Shown here piece by piece: positions 14,930 through 26,347 of a stretch of DNA of 32,000 nt; within the stretch, counting starts at the first letter, position 1, and each line of letters opens with the position of its first letter. Origin of the DNA: Prevotella phage Lak-C1; sequence record MK250029.1, one strand, 5' to 3'. The notes under the pieces are model-generated. The model searched no databases, was not told the DNA's origin, and saw nothing but the letters and a program-made list of their open reading frames with translations. A program made the position numbers and the translations under genes.

Positions 14930-15307
14930 TTATTTAAACATTATTCTTCTCATTATATTCTGCTCTGTTCCTGAATTCACTTTTCCTTCTCTTATAAAAG
15001 CAATATCAAAATTACTGTCATGCGTCATCGCAGAATCTCTATCAATATCATCTTTATAATTAGATTTTGTATGTGTGATAAATTTATTTATATACATAGG
15101 TTTATCATTCATATGGTAAACAGTTACATTATCACCATAACCTATATTAACTAAATAATCTTGTGCAAATGTATCAGCACCCCAATAATCGCCAACAACA
15201 AATTTTGCATTTTTATCAAATGCACATACTTCATCAATTTTTGGAATATAATGTTTTTTAAATTCTTCTATTGTTAAATCTCTATGTCCTGATATGAAAT
15301 AAATCAT
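14930..15307 (-). CDS. SLOG/Rossmann-like nucleotide-binding protein, 125 aa (MIYFISGHRDLTIEEFKKHYIPKIDEVCAFDKNAKFVVGDYWGADTFAQDYL...)
   Basis: Intact even under the standard code. 'ISGHRDLT...F...Y.P.ID' and 'FVVGDYWGADTFAQDYL' resemble the SLOG superfamily (DprA/LOG/DUF2493-like) nucleotide-binding motifs. Confidence 0.65.
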   Translation of the reverse strand: MIYFISGHRDLTIEEFKKHYIPKIDEVCAFDKNAKFVVGDYWGADTFAQDYLVNIGYGDNVTVYHMNDKPMYINKFITHTKSNYKDDIDRDSAMTHDSNFDIAFIREGKVNSGTEQNIMRRIMFK

Positions 15308-15314
15308 TTTATCT

Positions 15315-16013
15315 TTAAATATTAATTTTATTAATTCCTGTTATATTCTATATCATAGTTAATATAGATTCTTTAACAGATTGTTTATATTTTAAAAATG
15401 GAATATATTGCCATTGCCATGGTTCAATAAATCTTATATCCTTTATTTTACTTATACTATATGTTCTGAATATAAATCCCTCATTTTTTAGATTATATTT
15501 CTTTTTGATATAATTAAGTAATTTAGTCTAACCACCTTCATGTAAAAAGAATTTACTGATATTCTATGATATTGGTAACTGACCTTGATGTGCCTGTATA
15601 GAAGCATTACTATTAAAAAAATTAGGATCTAAATTATAAATATCATTTAATATTAAAGTACGTAAATCATAATTACATAAATTTAAGTTTATACCCTATA
15701 TGATATTTTTATTATTACCTGTACATAATACCAATGGTAATGTATCGTAATATTCAAACTTTACTCTACCATCATTATATTTTGTTGTTGTGTCTGTAAC
15801 ATATTTAAACATATAGATATGTCCAGGTATTAAAGTTAATTTAGAATTAGATTCTGAATCATATTCATCTAATCCCATTGCTTTTTCTTTACCTCTTTTA
15901 CCATATAAAAATAAATTTTTTACAATAGACTCATATGCTTTATCCTCATATTTGTCATTTGTTTTATTCATTTTTTTAATATCTGTTAAAAATTTATCTT
16001 TTGTATATTCCAT
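15315..16013 (-). CDS. Conserved-looking myoviral virion-associated protein, 232 aa, function uncertain
   Basis: Start ATG at 16013, extends past the TAG at 15696-15698 to TAA at 15315-15317. Motif 'LTLIPGHIYMFKYVTD...YYDTLPLVLCTGNN..IIQGINLNLCNYDLRTLIL' resembles a recurrent pattern in myoviral structural/morphogenesis proteins (from memory). Confidence 0.7.
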
Positions 16014-16015
16014 AA

Positions 16016-18865
16016 TTATTTACGTAAATATTGTGCTTTTGATTTTCTTGATAATGATTCTATTCTTGTAAGTCTCTATCGCATATCAATAGATGGATCT
16101 ACAATAGATGCAAATTCTCTCTGAATACTTTCAGCTTTAGGAACCTTTAATGCTTTTATAACAGTTTTGAAATTATCTAATTTCATATTTTCTTTCTTTA
16201 ATTCATTAATTTCCTTATTTAGTTTTGCTATATATGCGTTTACAAGCGATTGAATAGGTACTTGTTCAATAGAGTCTAATTTACCATAAAATGTATTCTT
16301 TAACCTATCTAATATTGCAATTAACGGTGTTAATATAGATATAGGTTGATCTGAAACATTTACATATAAAATAATAGGCCATGGATACATTCCGCGTATA
16401 CCGATACCAAATACCATAATTATACCAAATATTGGTATATATACTGATTTAATAGCTATGAATATACATGGTAATGGAATACACTAAATGAACGGAAATA
16501 TGTCCAACCCACAATTCCAAAATATCGGTACAATACATATAAGTGTTGCTAATGCAAAATATTTTTTCCAATATGGATAATCCTTAATTGTAATCGCATT
16601 TATATCATCTGGTGGTAATTGTTCATGTTTATTCATTTCATCCAATGCCCAGTTTTCATCTACTGGATATTCATCAGGTATTTCTGGAAATTCAACTTCT
16701 TCAGGAAAACTGTAATCACCTATACTTATATCATTTATTGAACTATCTAAATCGGCAGGATATATATTTTCAAATAAGTAATGTTGATAATATATGTTAT
16801 CGATTGTAATATCCTAAGGAGTTGGCCACTATGCATATTCATCCATTTTATCAGCAAGATTTATTAATGAATTATAGCATTTATCATATGTACAATCTTC
16901 ATATTCTTTAATAACTTTATCCCAAAATGCTCTTATCTTTTTTGACTCTTCCTATACTAATTCTAAATATATATACGGTTTATCTTTATCAGTTTCTTTA
17001 TAAGGATTTTTCTAACTATCATATGATTTTATATATGTATACATAGTAGCTAACTATGAACATATTTCATTTGGTGCGTCAGAATCTTCATCAGAATCAT
17101 ATTTATATAATGAAGCGATATAATCATATATTTGTTTATATTCATTATCACCTGTATATTTTTCACCTGCATTCTGAATAGCTTCATCATCTAATTCCTA
17201 ACCGTATTTCTCTTTATTATCGACTGTAAACTATTTAGTTATCTTTTCTTTATATGCTTTATTCTCATTCTATACATATGATGATATTAACTATTTAAAT
17301 TTGTTAAATTCCTATTTAATTTTAGTTTCTGATACATTTTTTCCATTGATATTATTAAATATATGTTTAACATTATCATTGAATAAATTCATAAAATCTA
17401 ACATCAAATCAGAATCTTTTCTCTATTCAACAATTACGCGTTTATTTATAATATCTGTTATAAGATTATAAAATTCCTATGAATACTTATCGGATGTTCC
17501 TGGTAATAAATTAATATTAGTCAATAAACTATAATAATAATTCTGATAACTATCAGCATCACCAATAGGTATATATGAAAAATCATCATCATATTGCTTT
17601 ACATTTTTATATACGTCTGAATCAATATGCTCATTAATAAGGAATTTACAGTCTGTATAATTTTTATCATATTTACATAATGGTAATGTATCCAATGATT
17701 TATATATTTTAATAATATCATTTACATATTTTTCACGCGCATCTAATAATCTCTTACTTTCTTTCTGTATTGCTTCATAAGGATTACTTGCTGTTTTAAT
17801 TCTATTTGTTTGTCTATATGCCTTATCTTTAATTTCTCTTTTTACCTTCTTTCTTTTCCTCTTTTTCTTTGCACGTTTTCTCCATGATTTCATATCTGAC
17901 TTTGTTACATCCTCTGCTATAATAGATGAACCGAATTCATCTTGAGACTCATTTAAATTCATCATAATAGAAGTATCAAAGATTGTTACACCAGTATTTA
18001 ATTTATCATTTACAATGTCAAATGTAAACAAAGATGTGTCATATTTTTTATTATTCTTAAATCCTTCCTTTTTATTCGCATTAATTATAGAAATATCTAA
18101 ATTATCATAACTTATATCAGATGAATCAAGATACCAACCGGAATAATATTGATAATTACCACTTATTGTATTTTTACGTGTATATGTACCTCTATATCTT
18201 CGTGCTAATACGCAAGGTAATAAAGACTAACATAAATTATTTGTTATTAATGCATATAAATATCCTTCTTTCTGAAATTCATTATTAACTGCTGATATAT
18301 CTTCAACAACATTAAAATCTTCATTCATTCCAAGTAATGTATTTTCCAATACAATATGTCTGTTACATTTTGATGGATATAATCTGAAATAATCTTCACC
18401 ATTATTTGATGACATTACACGTCCTTTTTCAAATATTGATTTTAACGGTTTCATTTTTCCGTCTTGCTTTACAGAACCTATTATAGTATTGTTATCTATA
18501 GTATCACCAGGTTTTATATTTAATGTATATTCAACTGGTGTCGGATCTTTAACAGTTGCATCTGAAAATTCAATTATAACTCTTGTACTTGTATCTATAT
18601 CAGATAAAATATCAGGAACCTCTTCAGGTGGAGTTACAATAAGTTTCCATAAATCTTTATCATTATATAAATTCTATAATACTGATAAATCAGTAGAACC
18701 AACAATATCTTTAAAATCTGTTGTTATATCAGATTTTGCATAATCGACTGCACATAAATTTATATCATTAAGATTTATAGTCTGCTATCCTTCAATTTCA
18801 TCTGTATCTATCGTTAATGCCTTTGTTATTAAGTCATCTAAATATATTTTCTCTTCTTTTGTCAT
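16016..18865 (-). CDS. Large phage protein, 949 aa, with putative lipoyl-like/barrel-sandwich domain near the N terminus, a polybasic segment and a C-terminal hydrophobic region
   Basis: ATG at 18863-18865 to TAA at 16016-16018 with TAG sense; merges track ORFs 16076, 17477 and 18227, all in one frame. ATG overlaps the upstream gene's TGA (ATGA arrangement). Confidence 0.82.
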
Positions 18866-21534
18866 GTGTATAAATCATAATCTTTTCCGTAACATCTTAA
18901 TATCTGACTACCATACAATGGTAATGATGAATCAGAATAATAAATTTCTGTATCTGCATCCTCAACTTTATCTAATCCTAATAAAGTACCGTCTTGATAT
19001 TTTGAATCAGGATATTGAACAAATAAAGATGCATCATCAAAATAATTTCCTGCTTTATCTAAATCTTTTTTCATTGCATTTCTCTATTCTGTTATTGCAT
19101 CTTGATCAATATAAAGAATAGTTGGCAAATCCTATTTTATTATTTCATAATTAGATTTAGCATTTTTTAAATATAAATAAAGTTTTCTTGTATCAGGAAT
19201 ACCAATATTAATTTCAACATTTGTACCTATACTTGTTATACTATTAGTTATATAATCATATAATTTTAAAGAACGAACTGTATAGAAATTTGTTTTTGAT
19301 TTATTTGCTTTTTTAAATAATTTATTAATTGCAGCAATTACTTTTACCATACCTAATAGATTTCCCGATGAATTCGCTTCTACTTTTGCCTTATTGATTT
19401 TATAATTCCTAATTAATTTTAGTATAACTTTTAATTGTGGAAATATTTCTTTTAATATAGAAAATAATTCATGAACTAATTGAAATGTAGGTCTTTTAGT
19501 TGCTTTTGTTGGATCACCTGTATATTCTTCTTCTACAATACCTAATTCAAATTTTGATATTGCTTCTTCTGCTTCTTTTTTCTTTGCAGTTTCCTAAGCA
19601 ATTCTATTTGCTTCATCTATTGCATTTTTTTGTTCACTTAACGTTTTATTAAAACCTTCTAATTCAAAATGGATTTTAAATGTAAATTCTAATAATTCAA
19701 TAGTCTAATCTTTTCTCATTACATAACCTTCATCTATTGCATTTATAATAGACAACACAGATGAAGAGTCAAATATTTTCGTTCCATCTTTTTGATGTGC
19801 ATTTGATAAAACTTTTGTTAACTATTTTTTTGCTTTCTTTGTTGTCGGATCTGCATATATATTAAGAGTCATTGTAAACGTATTTAAATCGTTCGTGAAG
19901 TCATATAAATGTTCTGCCTTTATTTCTGCACTAATTGTTGTATTGGAAGCGATGTCGGTTGCGATATGAAGTCCTGATGAGATTGCTTGAGCTTCTATCT
20001 GATTCTATAAACTTGTTAAATTACCTGAGAATTGATTAATTCCATCTTGAATTGCTTTTTCTAATGAAATAACTGCTCCATCAGAATCAAGTCCCATTTC
20101 AACAAGCATATCCATGAAATCTTCAAATGAATCTATACCATCACTTAAAACATCTAAATCAACATTATTAAATTGACTTATTAACATTTTAATTTCATCT
20201 ATTGAATCTTTTATCTGTATTATAATAAAGGAATTATATATTAAATCAGATGTGCGCGATAATTCATCCATTAGCGATTGTTTTATAATATCTGGATCAA
20301 CATCCACATTTATTTTTGATGATACAGTACCACCAGAAGAATGCTGAATACCTGTTTCTTTTTCTTGTTCTTCTTGTTCTTTTTTTCTACGTTTTTGTTC
20401 TTTACGCGCTTCTTTCCATGCCTTATACTTATGAATATAATCTGAACACATATAATATAATTCTGGTAATGTATATCCTGTATATTTAATACATTGTTCA
20501 TTTATCATTACCCATATAGTATTCATCAAAAGTTCCTATGCATCTTTTAACACTTCTTGCATTGAAGGTAAATTTGTAATTGCATCATTTATTGTTTCAT
20601 AATATTCATTTTCTAAGTCATTATAAATTGCTATATACATATCTTTCAATGATGTACAAATACTACCTATTGCTACTTTTGCACTTGGTAACATCTGAAT
20701 ATTCTTTGGAAACATTTTAATAATACCAGTGATATTAAATAATGTAGAATCCATAAGATTGAGAATAGACTATGCCATACCTAATGTTTCCTAATTAATA
20801 CCTAAGTTATTCATTAAATTACTAGCACCTCCTGCAATTAAAGACTATATAGTAACTTCAAGATATTGTGTTACTGCATCAGTAATTGCGCCAGATATTG
20901 CCATACCTGGCGCCTAGTTTATGTCAAGGTTATCAAGATCGACCTATTCTGCTTCTTCTACATTGCCAAATTCATCAACTTTTGTTATAGCTTTCTTTTC
21001 ACCATATTTAGTTAAATCGTTAAAAAAATTAGTATATGCTTTAATTAATTTCGGATGAGTCTATGTAATTTTTTTATATTTTGAAAATTCTGTATTTAAG
21101 TCATTTAACTATTCTTTATAATTCTTTATAATTTGTTTAAGATTAGTTGTTAGAGCTGAATGTGGATCTTGTTTTTTTGCTTCTTCATATTGATCCTGAT
21201 ATTCTGTTAATTCACTGTTTACTTTATTAATTTCAGTTTGTAATGCATTAACCCATGATTCTGCATCTTTTAATTCAGTTTTATAATATTCTATTCTTAA
21301 TTTTGCTGTTTCTACTTTCTTTGCATATGGAAGTGTGTCATCAAACTGAACAATACCTACATCAATGATACCATAATCATATGCATTAATATCAACCATT
21401 TCAACTGTTGTCTTATGTTGACCTTTTTTCATATCTTCAGTTTCAACTGTACCTGCAGACATTTTTTTATTTGAAAAGAAATCATAAGAATTACCAGGTG
21501 AATTTGTTAAATCTATGTCTAATATTGTTGCCAT
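18862..21534 (-). CDS. Large putative virion/tail protein, 890 aa (MATILDIDLTNSPGNSYDFFSNKKMSAGTVETEDMKKGQHKTTVEMVD...)
   Basis: ATG at 21532-21534 to TGA at 18862-18864 with TAG sense; merges track ORFs 19132, 20005, 20536 and 21109, plus the ORF at 18862. Coiled-coil, Ala/Ile-rich and charged segments. Confidence 0.8.
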
Positions 21535-21536
21535 AA

Positions 21537-22199
21537 TTAAAATACCTTTTCTTTTTGCATCATTGTTTTTAATGCCCAATATGAATCTACAAGATCATCA
21601 ATACCTGCTATATAATTTGTTTTTGCTTTCATATAACCATTTGCAAGACAAAGACGAAGTTTTATATCATTATTCTACGCAATGTATTTTTTTATCATCT
21701 TTGTTTTATCTGCGCGATCTTCTTTTGATGAACAACCTGCAGTTGCTTTGAGTGTGATAGGAGAATATGTATAAAGTCTTGTCAAATGATCACCATAATG
21801 TTCATATATTTTTGATAATAATACTCCTTTATATGTCGCGAGATTAAGTGTAGCATCCCCTTTTGATGCATATGATAATCCTTCTGAACATACATATAAT
21901 TCATAATCTGTTAATTCGAATTTATTTGTTATTAAATCATCAATATCATTTATAATTAAATTTGCCAAATCAGTAGACCTGATAGTATGAATAAGAACTA
22001 ACTGTGAATTCTCTACTGTTTTTGTATCAACTGACGACATATTTCTATTAACTATTGAAACATCAGCATCTTCATACATTTTCTATTGTTTATTAGTTAT
22101 TTTCAAAGGCCAAAAATAATGATAATACTAACCTCTGAAATATATTGTAGCTGCTGGTTTATTCATTGAAAAATCAAATCCTATTAAAACTTTATCCAT
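21537..22199 (-). CDS. RuvC-like (RNase H-fold) Holliday-junction resolvase/endonuclease family protein, 220 aa
   Basis: ATG at 22197-22199 to TAA at 21537-21539 with three TAGs read through. Sequence MDKVLIGFDFSMNKPAATIYFRGQYYHYFWPLK...LYVCSEGLSYASKGDATLNLATYKGVLLSKIYE...GCSSKEDRADKTKMIKKYIAQ...NYIAGIDDLVDSYWAL: N-terminal GFDFS Asp, mid-protein EGxSYxSKG Glu and C-terminal DDLxDS Asp pattern typical of phage RuvC-like nucleases. Confidence 0.75.
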
Positions 22200-22354
22200 T
22201 TAAATTAAAAATACTTTTTTGTTATTTATTATTTGTATATGGCATACCATATATTATACAAAAATATGTTAATTATGTTTTAATAAAATAGGTATGTATG
22301 ATAACATACCGTATTCCATTGAGGCGTATAGATACTGAAAATAAGAATTAAAAC
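22200..22354. promoter_or_regulatory. Divergent intergenic region, presumably carrying outward promoters; contains two short hairpins
   Basis: Only divergent gene junction in the window (minus gene starts 22199, plus gene starts 22355). Contains TATATGG-CATA-CCATATA (about 22236-22253) and GGTATGT-ATGATA-ACATACC (22291-22310). Confidence 0.5.
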
Positions 22355-23137
22355 ATGGCAACATATAAAAAATTAAATGATGTTATAACAATAACGTATA
22401 ATAATTCTGCAGCAACAAATATAACATTATCTTATAATGACAGTCCACTCTATTTTGGTTTAGAAGATTAGGATGGAAATTATGAAGGTAATTTAACGCA
22501 AACAAGATATGATTTAAGTACTGATCAAACAGGTTGTTCTGCATATACAATAAATCAGCAAGGAAGTACTTCTGGAACAGCTTTACTAATAGTAGCAAGT
22601 ATAACTAAAAATGATAGTGAAAATTAGAGAACCATTACATATAAATATAACAATACACCATTATTTAAAATATTATAGTCAGGATATAAATATTTTTATT
22701 TTAATAAAGTTGAAATAACACAAACACTTGTTAATAAAAGTGTTTATATGATTGTAATTGATAATATGTTTAATAATTCATTATATGTAAGAAACAATAC
22801 TGTTATGCCTGCACTTAACTATACATATAAACAAACTATATATTTTTTTTATGGTTTAACCCATCAATCTAACTTAGATACAGATGGAAATTTTACTTAT
22901 ATATCAGGTGGTGGTGATATTATAGGAAATCCAAAAAATGATAAATTTGAACAAATACCACAAATGATAGCAAAATATAATTCAGCTACAGAATCACTCA
23001 CTCGTATTTCATTTAATAGTTATAAAACTCAAATAAAATATATAGGTTTATTTACAATATTACTTGGTAGTCATACAACTTATGAATTACAAGCTTTAAT
23101 AGATTTTACAGAAAGTAGTAAATATAAAGTTGAATAA
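22355..23137 (+). CDS. Phage protein of unknown function, 260 aa, probably structural (MATYKKLNDVITITYNNSAATNITLSYNDSPLYFG...)
   Basis: ATG 22355 to TAA 23135-23137 in frame 2 with three TAGs read as Gln; C-terminal half is track ORF 22748-23137. Lies directly upstream of a tail-fibre gene. Confidence 0.8.
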
Positions 23138-23205
23138 TATACGTTATATTATTTTATGTAATATCATATTTTCATGAATAAATAAGTTAAATGAAAATAA
23201 TTTGA

Positions 23206-24423
23206 ATGTAGACAGCTTAGGTTAGACAACAATATACAAGAGATGGTAAGCCTGTTTCTTTGGCGACTTGTATAGAAACTCTATATTTTGAATAGACATA
23301 TAATGGACAGGTTTATCGTACATCTCTTAATAACAGATTATTAGTAGTAGGAAATAAGTTAAATTCAGTTTCAAAAACAAATATCTCGGAATCATTAAAT
23401 AAGGCATAGTTACCTTTCTATTATATAACAAAGATTGAATCTGATACTGCATCAGGTTTATACAGACTCGATGTTTCTCTTTATGCGATAGATACTGCAG
23501 TTCGCGCGACAGAAGTAATTGATGAAATTAAAACAACAATAGATAATAATTTAAATAATCTTAATACATCTATTAATAATGTAAATGCAAAAATTGACAG
23601 TTTTCAAAGATATAATGCATCTACATATCTTCCGTTAACAGGTGGAAGAATGTCTGGAGGTATCGTATTCGGAATGAAAGGTGGTGAAGAAAAGATTCAA
23701 GAACTTCCTGGTATTGGTTATAATGGTTAGAATCTCGTATTATCATGCCCTGATTCTGGATATATTTCATTTTGGGGTTCACTTTCAAATGAATATGGTG
23801 CAAATACACCAGGTATTACATGGTTAAAACCAACTATTTCTGAAAATGGTAAAGTTCCTGTATTTAATTATGCAAATAATCAGTTAATGTGGAAAACATA
23901 TAATGCCGGTTCACTTTCATATACAACTGCTGATTATAAGAAATATTATATTCTCGGTATTACAGAAGATTCATATAATGGACGTGATATTGGTGAAACA
24001 AAATATATTGCAGATGATGGTAATATTGAAACAAATGTTTATGTATCAAGAAAGAATGTATATGCAAATGCGTTTTATGCATCATCTGATATTGAATTGA
24101 AAACAGACGTTAAGCATATTGATGCATCTACATATATTCCTGATGTTATTCAATTCCGATGGCTCGATACTTCTGAACTTTCTTATGGATTTATTGCACA
24201 GGATCTAGAAGAACACGGGCTTTCTTATTTAATGGATAAAGATGATCTTAAACATTGGCGTGTTAACTATTCTGCTGCTATTTCATTAGTTGTCGGAGAT
24301 CTGTAGAAATCAAAGAAAGACCATGAATAGAGAATTTCAGATTTAGAGACAGAAAATAAGAATTTAAAGAAAACATTAGAAAAACTTGAAAAAAGACTAG
24401 AAAAATTAGAAAAAAGTAAGTAA
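23206..24423 (+). CDS. Tail fibre/spike protein with C-terminal S74 intramolecular chaperone domain, 405 aa
   Basis: ATG 23206 to TAA 24421-24423 in frame 1 with TAG sense. C-terminus 'YASSDIELKTDVKHIDASTYIPDVIQFRWLDTSELSYGFIAQDLEEHGLSYLM...HWRVNYSAAISLVVGDLQKSKKDHEQRISDLETENKNLKKTLEKLEKRLEKLEK' matches the Peptidase_S74 pattern (SDxxLK dyad, GFIAQ(D/E)xE, VxY, terminal coiled coil). N-terminal 'TYLPLTGGRMSGGIVFG' is a typical fibre motif. Confidence 0.88.
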
Positions 24424-24425
24424 AA

Positions 24426-26342
24426 ATGGCATCAATTTATGATTTAAAAATATTCAAGCTAAACCGCCTTAAGTATGAGGAATTATGGAATGATGCTATT
24501 GCATGGGTGAAAAAAACATACAATGTATCTGAACAACAGTTTACAATGGCTTCACCTTTTGCATAGTTACTTTCTGTAATTTTACATCTTGGACGAATGA
24601 TTTTCTATTACATAGAAGATTCAATAACAGGTTTAAATATAAAAACAGCATATAGACCTGATCAAATCAGAGGTTTAGCAAGATTAACAGGACATAATGC
24701 AGGTAGAGCAATTGCTGCTCGCGGTGCAGTTAAAATTGTTTATTATGATACTGGTAATCAAGATTTAAATGGTAATGTATGTTTCATACCAAATAGAACA
24801 AAACTATTATGTGCGATTAATGGTGCAACATATACTGTACTATTTGGTGCTGATACTGCATAGATAACAATGACTGCTGGTAATTATATAACAGCAACAA
24901 TTATACAAGGAACCGTAAAATATCAGGCTGCAACATCAACCGGTAATAAATGGCAATCATATAATTTTACTGAAAGAAATTATGCAGATATAGATGAGTA
25001 TTTTATAAATGTATATGTAAATGGTGAATTATGGGATAGAATAGAATCATTTATAGACGCTGGTTTTGATTAGAAAGCTTGTGTTGTTAAAACAGGTATA
25101 AACGGAGGTATTGACGTTACATTTGGTGACGGTAAAATGGGTATGATTCCAGTTGAAGGCGCAACTATTTATGTTGAATATATTGTTACTGATGGTGTAA
25201 CCGGTAATCTTCCAAAACAGATATTAGATTAGGATCAGTATTTTGAAATACAAGGAACAGGTTATGCAACAGATGGTTCTGAAATTTCACTTGCTGATAA
25301 TTTTAAAGTTCAATGTGATACAGACGTAATATTCGGTTCTGAAGCAGAAGATATTCGACTTACATAGTTAATTGCTCCACATACATCCAGATCATTTGTT
25401 CTCGCGAATGAAATTAATTACAGATATTTCTTTAAGAGAATGAATATGTTTTCTACTATAGAAATTATAAAAGGATATACATAGAAGCAAGCTAATTATA
25501 TGGCATAGCTTAATTATGATGTATATAATACAATGTATAAAAATACATTTAGTGATTGGTAGGATGCTGTTTCTGTATATGGAGAACAATCAGATGAGGC
25601 AAAAGAGTTATACAATAATTTACAGGATATATTAAGTAAACGTAATTTTGCACAATAGCAAATAGAAGATACAGATCTTGCTGATAATACCGTATATCTT
25701 TTATTAATTCCTGATTTAACTAAACGTATTTCATCATCATCAAATTATTTTACTGTTGATGAATCTGTATTTACATTATCTACAGATGAACAGAATAATA
25801 TTATTAATTTAATTGATAATTCAGGTTAGAAAATAATTACAGTAGAAAATAAAATACTTGAACCAAAAACACCAAGATTTGCAGTTAATACATAGGTAAA
25901 AATATGGGAAGGCTATAATTTATAGAGTATATATTCTGCATGTTTAAATGCGTTATCTAATTACCTTATAAAGTTTACGCGCAAAGATATTATTCCGTTA
26001 TCTGATATTACTGCATTATTTGAAGCAATAGATGGTATCGATTCAGTAAAAGTATGGTTTGATGCAGACGTTGAAAATGAAAATATATATTGTGAAAGAG
26101 GTTTTTATGGTATTGATTCTTATGGTGATATTATTTTAACAAGAACATATCAGGATTATAATGGGAATTCAAAGGATGTTAGAGATATATTACCATTGAT
26201 ACGCGGTGGATTTACTTCACCTGATGGTGTTGAATATTCGGATACACAATCATTAGATTCATTATCAGCATTTAATATGCAGTTAATAGGTTATACACAA
26301 AATAATAAATTAACATTAGAAAACTTTAAGACAATAACATAA
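24426..26342 (+). CDS. Baseplate wedge protein, T4 gp6-like/baseplate J-like, 638 aa
   Basis: ATG 24426 to TAA 26340-26342 in frame 3 with TAG sense; merges track ORFs 24597 and 24870. 'KTAYRPDQIRGLARLTGHNAGRAIAARGAVKI' resembles the gp6 'xxRxxIxGLARLxGYxxxxxxAxxG' segment. Followed by a gp25-like gene. Confidence 0.68.
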
Positions 26343-26347
26343 TAATT

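Noticed and set aside
16612-19121. Plus-strand ORFs 16612-16809, 18489-18743 and 18864-19121, plus 20310-20501, 21515-21751, 22383-22598, 23621-23809, 23903-24100 and minus 26906-27202
   Set aside because: All are shadow frames of longer recoded genes on the better-supported frame or strand.
21577-21579. TTG start at 21579 for the 890-aa gene (as in the track)
   Set aside because: The ATG at 21532-21534 lies just 2 nt after the upstream gene's TAA (21537-21539), giving compact spacing like the other genes; the earlier start would overlap the RuvC-like gene's end.
23141-23205. Terminator between the 260-aa gene and the fibre gene (AATAATATA-CGT-TATATTATT at 23133-23153)
   Set aside because: Stem is only 9 bp, all A/T, overlaps the stop codon and has a weak T-tract; likely chance in AT-rich DNA.
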